Shown piece by piece: positions 38,710-46,459 of a DNA stretch of 64,000 nt. The translations under genes were made by a program, and so were the position numbers. Each line of letters starts with the position of its first letter. Position 1 is the stretch's first letter. A model generated the notes under the pieces. The model was given only the letters and a program-made list of their open reading frames with translations, searched no databases and was not told the origin of the DNA. Source of the DNA: an uncultured Eubacterium sp. (GTDB lineage Bacteria > Bacillota > Clostridia > Lachnospirales > Lachnospiraceae); assembly GCA_947564835.1 (NCBI GenBank), contig CANOET010000001.1, positions 8,667 through 72,666 on the forward strand. The letters run 5' to 3'.

Positions 38710-39606
38710 CTACAGTTTTGCTCCGCAATTGCTGCAGAATCTTTGGCCTGGCGCGCAGATAGCATTACAATTGCCGCATATTTTTGAGCCATTGCTTTCT
38801 AATTGACTGCTGCGCAGCATCCGGAGCCCTTTTCCTGCATCCTCAAAGCTTGCATTTTCAGACCGTTTTGCAATCTCTTCAAAAACGGTATAAGAACGGT
38901 TCGTTTCGTAAAAACTGCTCCCCAAAGCCATTTCCTGCTTATACTTTTGAAGCAGCTGGTACTCTTCCTTCGGAGGTGTAATAGACGCTATGTAAAAGTT
39001 CTGTATTTCTACACCAAACCGTTCAAATTCATCGGAAATGGCATCCTGGCATTGTTCCGATAATTCATCCAGCCAGGCGGTAACTTCTAAAAACGATATT
39101 TGTTTCCGTATCATAAATTTAGAAATAACCGTTTTTATTTTCGTTGTAAGCAGCGCACTGAAATAGGTGGCAATCATCGTATAATCAATCGCCGCTCCCT
39201 TTTGCATTGTCCCTGTCAGTTCAGAAACAAACATTTTTGCATTCTGGATTCTCAGACCGTATTTTCCATACGAACGGATGGATAGAATCAGGCCGTATTT
39301 AGGATCTTCTAATTGAAAGGGCGTCTGTGTTCCCCAGTTCATATCTAATTTTGAAGTGATGTTTACAAAATAGATTTCTGCTGAAAACATCTCACCTGTT
39401 CCGGCAGATGTATGATTTGAATAAAGTACATGCGTCCCAGATTGATAGACCTCACAGTTTTTCCTGCCCTGAAATATAAGCACTTCCTGTCCCTGCTTTA
39501 CAACAAGGCGGGTGCCTGGCACAAACTGCTCACCCGGATATTTATAAATAAGCCATGGTTCTCCGTTTTGATTTCCATCAAATTTAATTGTTGTCACATA
39601 TGTCAT
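38710..39606 (-). CDS. SPFH/band-7 (YdjI-like) protein with C-terminal zinc ribbon
   Basis: LVVKQGQEVLIF, AEIYFVN, WGTQTP...DPKY; CGNC...FCSNCG tail. Confidence 0.85.
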   Translation of the reverse strand: MTYVTTIKFDGNQNGEPWLIYKYPGEQFVPGTRLVVKQGQEVLIFQGRKNCEVYQSGTHVLYSNHTSAGTGEMFSAEIYFVNITSKLDMNWGTQTPFQLEDPKYGLILSIRSYGKYGLRIQNAKMFVSELTGTMQKGAAIDYTMIATYFSALLTTKIKTVISKFMIRKQISFLEVTAWLDELSEQCQDAISDEFERFGVEIQNFYIASITPPKEEYQLLQKYKQEMALGSSFYETNRSYTVFEEIAKRSENASFEDAGKGLRMLRSSQLESNGSKICGNCNAICAPGQRFCSNCGAKL

Positions 39607-39891
39607 AATTCCTGCTCCATATAATTATAATAAGATACATGCTATGATAAAAATACTATCCTATACATTCTACTATATGTGCCGACATTTTTCAACAATA
39701 AATTTCATTTATTTTCATATTATAACCATTATTACAACAAAAAAAGCTTGCACACCTATCTGAAATAAATCTCCGGAAGTTCCCTGCAAAAATCCTCAGC
39801 ATAATCCGTGATACCCCTGATTTCTACAAGCTGCTTCCGAAAACCCATTCCCATTAAAATGTACAAGCTATTTCTATTAAAATGATTCCCT

Positions 39892-41637
39892 TTAAAACAC
39901 CGCTTCAAATTTCCTCGAAGTCTCTTTCAAAAACTCCACAAATTCCAAAAATTTAAAGTTCTTCGATTTATGAATATACCAATAAATCAAACTCTTATTC
40001 CTATTCTCATATTCAATCATCTTATATACTTTTGAAACCTTACTTATATCTTTATCTTCCTTTAACCGTTCAAACCGAATCTGAAGCCCCTGGCTGCTCA
40101 ATTCATTAATCTTACTTTGAAAAGTCTTTGCCTTCTTATTATACATCTCAAATTTCATACCACGCTGGCCAAAATAGCTCTCCAATTCTTTCAGCCAGAA
40201 TAGCTGCTTTTGCAGTATCCGAATATGATTATCCCTATCCTCCTCATTCATATCCTGATCCCTTTGATTGTTTTCTATTTCTTGCTCAATCTCTTCGATG
40301 CGTTTACTGTTTAATTCGTTGCCGATACTTGTGCCGTTGATCTCTTCGTTATTCGCTCCGAAAATATAATGAAAGCTATCCTGCTGTGACTGCGGGAGCT
40401 GGTCCATTATCATGCGGAATTCTTCTTCGGACTTCCAGATCGGCTGCTTGCGTTTTTTACGTTCTAAGTATTCTTCTACACATCCGTTCGTTTCACTATG
40501 ATCTAACTGTTTCATCAGAAAAAGGCAGTCACCGTCATTCAGCAATTTGATATGCAATCCGTTCGCCGTCCGTACGCCCTGCTGCCCTAATGCATCTCTT
40601 TGAAAGATCCCCTGCTGGCTTTGATCAATTTTAAAATGCTTTTCTATCGCGGCCAGACATTGCTCTACCAGATAAGAATCATAAATAACTACAGGATGCG
40701 CCTGTATCCATCTGCGTTCTGCATCGTAAGACAGGATCACATTATCTATTGTGCTCAATGCGTTTTTCTTATAAGCCAGCGAGTAATTTCCATCTTTCTT
40801 TTTAATAATTGTAACACTCTCCAGCAGTCTTTCTACATCGATTGTTGTGTTGTCAAATCCGGACATTTGCGTATCCCTTATGATGTAATCCAACCGGTCT
40901 ACATCTATAATACTGGAATTAAGCAATTGTATCAATGCATTGCGTACACCTTTTGAAGATACCGATTTTTTCTGATATGTAATTCCTAAGATCGCTCTTG
41001 CAAACAAATCAATATCTACCTGCAGTTCTTTCATAAATGAGATATAGACACTGATTGCAACAATCACGCTCATAATTTCATGCGGTTTTGCCACAACTGC
41101 TTTTCCATCATAATTAACGCTGCCTGAAACTGTATAGGAAAAATCCGTTAAAAAAGCTTCAAACGCTTTTTTATCCAGCATTTCCTGCATGGTCTCAAGC
41201 AGTTGATTATATAACACCTCTATCTCAGGCTGGCTTGTCTGCCCCAATGCTTTCTTCATGATATGGAATGTATCTGCTTCCTTTTGGGTCAGCAAAAAAT
41301 CTTCTCCGCTGTGCGAAAACGGGGTATGTCCAACGTCATGCAATAAACAGGCAATATCAAATGTATTTTGCAAATGACTCCAGGCTGTGTCATCCATTCC
41401 GTGAAAAAGATCGGATGCATTCTTCTTTAGTGCCTTAAACGCTTTATGCCCCAAATAATATACGCCCAGGGAATGTATAAATCGATTATGGCTGGAACCA
41501 GGATATAAACTGTCGTAACTTGTCTGGCGTATATTTCTCAACCGTTGGAACTCAGAAGAGTCCACAATGTTTTTAATATAGGAATCCTTTAACTTGATAT
41601 ACCCATGAACCGGATCTTTTATCAGCTTTGTATCCAT
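39892..41637 (-). CDS. HD-domain phosphohydrolase of the dNTP triphosphohydrolase (SAMHD1/EF1143-like) family
   Basis: IKDPVHG, FQRLRNIRQ, HNRFIHSLG, LLHDVGHTPFSH, DVDRLDYIIRD motifs. Confidence 0.9.
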   Translation of the reverse strand: MDTKLIKDPVHGYIKLKDSYIKNIVDSSEFQRLRNIRQTSYDSLYPGSSHNRFIHSLGVYYLGHKAFKALKKNASDLFHGMDDTAWSHLQNTFDIACLLHDVGHTPFSHSGEDFLLTQKEADTFHIMKKALGQTSQPEIEVLYNQLLETMQEMLDKKAFEAFLTDFSYTVSGSVNYDGKAVVAKPHEIMSVIVAISVYISFMKELQVDIDLFARAILGITYQKKSVSSKGVRNALIQLLNSSIIDVDRLDYIIRDTQMSGFDNTTIDVERLLESVTIIKKKDGNYSLAYKKNALSTIDNVILSYDAERRWIQAHPVVIYDSYLVEQCLAAIEKHFKIDQSQQGIFQRDALGQQGVRTANGLHIKLLNDGDCLFLMKQLDHSETNGCVEEYLERKKRKQPIWKSEEEFRMIMDQLPQSQQDSFHYIFGANNEEINGTSIGNELNSKRIEEIEQEIENNQRDQDMNEEDRDNHIRILQKQLFWLKELESYFGQRGMKFEMYNKKAKTFQSKINELSSQGLQIRFERLKEDKDISKVSKVYKMIEYENRNKSLIYWYIHKSKNFKFLEFVEFLKETSRKFEAVF

Positions 41638-41655
41638 CTCAACATCCTGCTCCTA

Positions 41656-42012
41656 CTATAGGCTTATAACTGTCTTTACACTTACGCGGTTAAAAACTTT
41701 CAGCATCGCATAGGAAAGCGTCCATCGGAATTGTTCTTTTAATTTCCGTATGTCAACATTATCTTTCAGGCAGATATACTTTTGATCTTTTTCTTTGATG
41801 TCAAAGTAATCTGAATAATTGATTACCATTCCCTGAATGTCTTCCGGATTGAAAATCAGCACCGCCTCGGTTTTGTTTTCCCTATTATATTGCTCCACTA
41901 CTGACAAACCAAAGTCTGCAAGCTGGGAAAAACTAATTTCCTGAATGCCGTCTTCGTATAATTCGATCAAGGCATTTGCTGCTATACATTCCACTCCGAT
42001 AAAAGTCCGCAT
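41656..42012 (-). CDS. 118-aa hypothetical protein coupled to the HD gene
   Basis: Tight spacing (4 nt after rSAM, 18 nt before HD); IGVECIAANALIE motif. Confidence 0.75.
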   Translation of the reverse strand: MRTFIGVECIAANALIELYEDGIQEISFSQLADFGLSVVEQYNRENKTEAVLIFNPEDIQGMVINYSDYFDIKEKDQKYICLKDNVDIRKLKEQFRWTLSYAMLKVFNRVSVKTVISL

Positions 42013-42016
42013 TTTG

Positions 42017-42910
42017 TTACTCCTCCTTGTTTTCCGTTATTAATTGCCCACAATTCATATGGTCGTTCTTCTTTGCATAGAATACATAACTATTCATACC
42101 TTCCTTCTGCAAAAACTGGTGGAATTTCTCCATTACTTCAATTTCTGCAGGATACAAATGGTTCCTTTTAGAAGCTTCTGTTTCATTTAATTTAGAAATG
42201 CGAATAATGACCTTATCTTTAATATCTTCCATCTTACGTGCAAAATTTTTAAAATCCTGCTGGTCATCATTGATCCCCTTCATTAAGATATAATTAAACC
42301 GGTAATAAGCCTGATGGGATTCTTTCATAAATGCAATCACTTCATCTAATAGATATTCTTTTTGTCGGTAAATCGGTATGATCTCAGACCGCCTTTCATC
42401 AGAGTCTGTAATATATGTTAACTGGACATTTCTAATACGGATCTGGCTGCTTAATAACTCCACTTTCCGCAATAATTCTGCATTCCATAATACAGAAGAC
42501 AACGTTACGCTTACATTCGTATAATCCTTTAATCCTAATAAAAAACGCTCGACATTGTCATAATTGTAGAAAATGTCCCCCATCCCGGTCATTGTTAACA
42601 ATACATATTTATGATCCTTTAAGGTATTTTCTGTGTAAAGATATTCAAATAACTGCATTAATATATCTGCGGTAAAAATATAAAAATTCTTTATTCCGGA
42701 GGTTGCACAAAAACCGCATTTGCTGGGACAGCCATAGCTTTGCGGCAGTTCCAGAACAGATTTGACCAATGTTCCATCCTTATAATGCTCAAAGTAACCC
42801 GCTTCTACATTCCGGCCATCCAGATCTAAAATATATTTCGTTGTTTTTTCAAAATCCCAATTACTTCCTGCATAATCATTCTCTACACAAATTTTTTTAA
42901 TTAATCTCAT
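42017..42910 (-). CDS. RlmN/Cfr-like (class A) radical SAM enzyme lacking the N-terminal domain
   Basis: SYGCPSKCGFC cluster motif, MTGMGD (cf. MGMGE), C-terminal NCGQL (cf. ACGQL). Confidence 0.82.
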   Translation of the reverse strand: MRLIKKICVENDYAGSNWDFEKTTKYILDLDGRNVEAGYFEHYKDGTLVKSVLELPQSYGCPSKCGFCATSGIKNFYIFTADILMQLFEYLYTENTLKDHKYVLLTMTGMGDIFYNYDNVERFLLGLKDYTNVSVTLSSVLWNAELLRKVELLSSQIRIRNVQLTYITDSDERRSEIIPIYRQKEYLLDEVIAFMKESHQAYYRFNYILMKGINDDQQDFKNFARKMEDIKDKVIIRISKLNETEASKRNHLYPAEIEVMEKFHQFLQKEGMNSYVFYAKKNDHMNCGQLITENKEE

Positions 42911-43746
42911 AAACCATCCTCCAGATTTACTGGTTTACAAATATTTTCGTTCTCAATCATTTCTGAGAAATCATTGTCAAAACATCTGGAATAATCTACG
43001 CCTGTTTCCAATTCCAATAAAAAACTGTTTGAGCTGTTTGTCGTACTATAAATATATGGAGAAATAAAACACTTGTGATCTGTTCTTATGTACATATAAG
43101 ATACCTGTTTTAAATCCGTATAAAACACCCGCAGCCTTTTTCTTTTATCTCTGGGCACGCCGCGAAGAATGATCCTCATTTCGTAACAGGTTCTTTCAAC
43201 TTTATTTAAATTCCGTTTCTGATCTTCGTTGCGTTCTGCTGCTTTAATTTTTGAAATATCTGGCTCTTCACCAGATAATATAATTCGTACTGCGTTTCCT
43301 CTTTTTAGTAATTCAGTCACTTTTCCTACAAACAGTGTTCTATATTCGTCGTCAAACCAATTGCTGATAGCATGCCCTATTAAATCTAATTTATTCGACG
43401 ATGATAATAATATATCTTTCCAGAATTTACCATCCCTGTCATAATATGATTTTTTTCGGATACTAACAATTCCGCTGTCATATAGTTCATTTTGAATCCG
43501 CAGCTTTTCATTCATTTCTTTTAAGCGATCTACAATGTCCTTTTGTTCATTCGAGCTAATAGAAAGCTGCAGCACACTGTACAAAATAGATGCAATGATG
43601 GAGCAGAGCACACTAAGTCCGATATTCTGTAATAACCCTGTCATATCAGGCTCGTTTTTATTCAGTTCGTTGGATATTAAAACAAACACAAAAAATCCAC
43701 TAATCCCCAAAAAGACAATATAGCCCCAAATGTATTTCTTTTTCAT
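42907..43746 (-). CDS. 2-TM protein with C-terminal PLD-like (DUF5919-type) domain lacking HKD
   Basis: Two hydrophobic helices, coiled coil, then KLDLIGHAIS...VRIILS...YIRTDHKCFISPY; AGAGGA RBS before ATG 43746 (ORF open to 43830). Confidence 0.65.
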   Translation of the reverse strand: MKKKYIWGYIVFLGISGFFVFVLISNELNKNEPDMTGLLQNIGLSVLCSIIASILYSVLQLSISSNEQKDIVDRLKEMNEKLRIQNELYDSGIVSIRKKSYYDRDGKFWKDILLSSSNKLDLIGHAISNWFDDEYRTLFVGKVTELLKRGNAVRIILSGEEPDISKIKAAERNEDQKRNLNKVERTCYEMRIILRGVPRDKRKRLRVFYTDLKQVSYMYIRTDHKCFISPYIYSTTNSSNSFLLELETGVDYSRCFDNDFSEMIENENICKPVNLEDGL

Positions 43747-43829
43747 TCGTTTTCCTCTAAATCCTTTTTGTGAAATAAAATCTACGTACAAATGACTGTA
43801 ATCCGATCGTTTCAATGTACTGGCCGACA

Positions 43830-43853
43830 TATTTTACAAGCCCTTGTAAAATA
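43830..43853. promoter_or_regulatory. Perfect 11-bp inverted repeat in the leader of the four-gene operon
   Basis: TATTTTACAAG-cc-CTTGTAAAATA. Confidence 0.5.
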
Positions 43854-43895
43854 CAAGAAGAAAGATACAGAAAACCTCTTTGATTTATTGAGATT

Positions 43896-43924
43896 ATTAT
43901 AAAACTCTGCCTATTCTTTGTCAA
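43896..43924 (-). promoter_or_regulatory. Consensus sigma70/SigA promoter of the TM-rSAM-HD operon
   Basis: TTGACA-N17-TATAAT on the minus strand. Confidence 0.8.
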
Positions 43925-44259
43925 TCCAGTTTTTGTATTTTACTCAGTACGATTTGTATAGAAAAGAACAACTGCATTCAGGATGTTTTATCTTTCGTAA
44001 GTATCCGCTCTCATTTGACATCCCGCATGCAATTGTTCCTTGAAGATTATTATACATGATTATACAATTTTTGACAAGCAAAAATTTATTTTTTTCGCCA
44101 AAGCTTATCCGCATAAAAAGAGGAAAGGATCAAATTCATGGCATTTATCATTTGTTATCCCCGTAATAATCCCCGCCCCGAAATTGATTCTTTCCATCTA
44201 TTACTCTATCACATTCTGCAAATTTTGACAAGTAAAATTTGCATATTTTTCAAAAAAGC

Positions 44260-46326
44260 CTAACTGATTGACGTCCCATTTGGTACGCATTCATCCACAA
44301 ACAGCAGCTCGCAGCCGCAGATACTATTCGTTGCCGCAAGCAGCATCCCATTCGACGTTACGCCGTTGATGCGCGCCGGCTCCAGATTGACAATGACGAC
44401 AATCTTGCGGCCGATCAGCTCTTCCGGTTCGTATTCATCCTTAATGGAAGATACGATCACCCTTTCGCCAAGCCCGTCGTCCAGCGTGATTTTATAGCAA
44501 TGGTTCGACTTGCGGATTTCCTGGCATTTGATGATTTCGCATACGCGCAGATCCATTTTCCGGAACAGCTCAAGCGAAATCTGCTCTTTCAGCGGCTGCA
44601 CCGGATCTGCTTCTTTGCCTTCACAGATTTTTGCTTTATGGACTTTCTTTTTCGCCTTTTCAGCTTCCAGTTCTTCTGCGGCTTTTTTTGCCTCTGCTTC
44701 AAACCGGATTTCTTCTTCTGTCTTCGGATATGAGAAATCCAGCAGCGGCAGATACTGATCCTTTTCAATCGCATACAGGAACAAATACAGCCTCGGGCCT
44801 TTTTCCTTGCCGATTAAAAGCTTGTACACATTTTGGAAAAATGTCCCCTGCAGCTTTTTACGCTCTTTCCCGGTATCTTCCAGCTTGTAAACGTCTACCG
44901 GAATTGCGTAAATCTTCTGGTTTAATTCTTCCAGGTTATAATTTCCTTCCAGAAGATAATCATAAAGATTCTTAATCTCGATTTTTTCTTCCTCAGTAAA
45001 TGTCTCGTAAACATCCCAGTTTCTGTGCTGGCATAAGCGGTTTACATTTTCCGGGCTGCACAGCTCCAGCCAGTTTTGGGCCAGCTCCAGACGGTCCGCA
45101 AAATCCTGTTCTTTATATGGAGTCCCGATCTTTTCGAATACAGTCTCCAGCACCTGCGGATTAAAGTTCACTACGGAACCCAGCTGCACAAGCAGCCCCA
45201 TCGGAACCGTTGATACCGTATGGCCTGCAACCTGGCAATTGTACATAATGGAATTTGTCCTGTCATCCGCATCAGAGGACATAAACTGGTCATACATTTT
45301 ATCAAATTCAAAATACTGCTTTAAGATGCCGTCGTCAAAGCAAAAATCGAAGGAACGGGTCGGTTCTGCTCTGGAATACAGCCAAAGGATTACTTCCGGC
45401 TGATAGATCTTTAACAGTGTTTCCGGCGTCAGATTCAGGCCGGTTGACCCTGACATTTTTCCAGTCGCGCCGCGGAGCCCGATAAATTCATACGCCTGAA
45501 ATACCGGAGGCTCATGGTGGAAAATTTCTCTTGAAATCACGCTGGAAGTATCATAGCTGCCGCCCGGCGCCGCGTGGTCTTTGCCGCCTGGTTCAAAGTC
45601 TACATCTTCATACAGCCACCGCATCGGCCAGTCGATTTTCCATGCCAGCTTGCAGTTATAGTTTGTATTAAAATCAAAGTGGTCTTTATGGCCGCAAGTA
45701 CATTCGTATTCCGCGGTCATATCTTCTTCCCGGAAAGAAATAATCTTTGTCGTGTCCTTTCCGCATTTGGAACAATAGATGGAGACCGGGTAGTAGTTCT
45801 CACGCTCGCCCGGCTTTGCTTCCTGTGTGCGGAAAGAGTCCAGGATATCAAAAATCTTGTGGCGCTCTTTTAACGCCTGCTTGATATACGCAGTATATTT
45901 TCCGGAGCGGTACATGGCAGCCTGATAGCGGTAATCAATCTCGATGCCGAACTTTTGTATGGACTGCATAAATTCCTGTTCAAAATGCTGTGCGTAGGAG
46001 GATTCGCTGTCGCTTGTGAATGGATCTGGTACATCTACATATGGATATCCGATATATTTTTCCATATCCGGGTTTACGTTTGCCACGTTGACCGGTATTT
46101 TGCGCAGACGGTCTAATTCATCCCAGCTATGCATTAACCTGGCTTTTTTCCCGAGCTTGCGTAACGCCAGTACAACAAAATAACTGGTCGCGATATCCCG
46201 GAAGTTGCCGATATGAATAGAACCGGACGGGCTGATTCCGGTTGCACAGACGTATTCTTCTTTGTCCGGCTTTTGTTCGATTATTTTTCTTGCTATCTCT
46301 TCTGACCAATGCATTTTTTTACACAT
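44260..46326 (-). CDS. lysS: Class I lysyl-tRNA synthetase fused to a C-terminal tRNA-binding OB (Trbp111/MetRS-C-like) domain
   Basis: GISPSGSIHIGN, EPGGKDH, GKMSGS motifs; tail MDLRVCEI...NLEPARINGVTSNGMLLAA. Confidence 0.92.
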   Translation of the reverse strand: MCKKMHWSEEIARKIIEQKPDKEEYVCATGISPSGSIHIGNFRDIATSYFVVLALRKLGKKARLMHSWDELDRLRKIPVNVANVNPDMEKYIGYPYVDVPDPFTSDSESSYAQHFEQEFMQSIQKFGIEIDYRYQAAMYRSGKYTAYIKQALKERHKIFDILDSFRTQEAKPGERENYYPVSIYCSKCGKDTTKIISFREEDMTAEYECTCGHKDHFDFNTNYNCKLAWKIDWPMRWLYEDVDFEPGGKDHAAPGGSYDTSSVISREIFHHEPPVFQAYEFIGLRGATGKMSGSTGLNLTPETLLKIYQPEVILWLYSRAEPTRSFDFCFDDGILKQYFEFDKMYDQFMSSDADDRTNSIMYNCQVAGHTVSTVPMGLLVQLGSVVNFNPQVLETVFEKIGTPYKEQDFADRLELAQNWLELCSPENVNRLCQHRNWDVYETFTEEEKIEIKNLYDYLLEGNYNLEELNQKIYAIPVDVYKLEDTGKERKKLQGTFFQNVYKLLIGKEKGPRLYLFLYAIEKDQYLPLLDFSYPKTEEEIRFEAEAKKAAEELEAEKAKKKVHKAKICEGKEADPVQPLKEQISLELFRKMDLRVCEIIKCQEIRKSNHCYKITLDDGLGERVIVSSIKDEYEPEELIGRKIVVIVNLEPARINGVTSNGMLLAATNSICGCELLFVDECVPNGTSIS

Positions 46327-46429
46327 CCTATCTATTTCTTTTTTCTAATTTTTTTCTTGTATTTGTTAACCATGCGGGAAGCGCTGATGGTTCTGGTTCC
46401 TTCTTGTGAAATCTTGTACAATGCGTATT

Positions 46430-46458
46430 ATTATACCATTTATACTATAAAAATACAA
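46430..46458 (-). promoter_or_regulatory. sigma70 promoter of class I lysS
   Basis: TTGTAT-N17-TATAAT with TG extension. Confidence 0.6.
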
Positions 46459-46459
46459 G

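Noticed and set aside
42017-42910. Prokaryotic viperin or canonical rlmN/cfr
   Set aside because: Motifs are RlmN-type rather than viperin-type, but the N-terminal domain and resolving Cys of RlmN/Cfr are missing, so no gene symbol was assigned
46327-46430. T-box leader upstream of lysS
   Set aside because: No AGGGTGGNACCGCG T-box sequence, and the leader is too short
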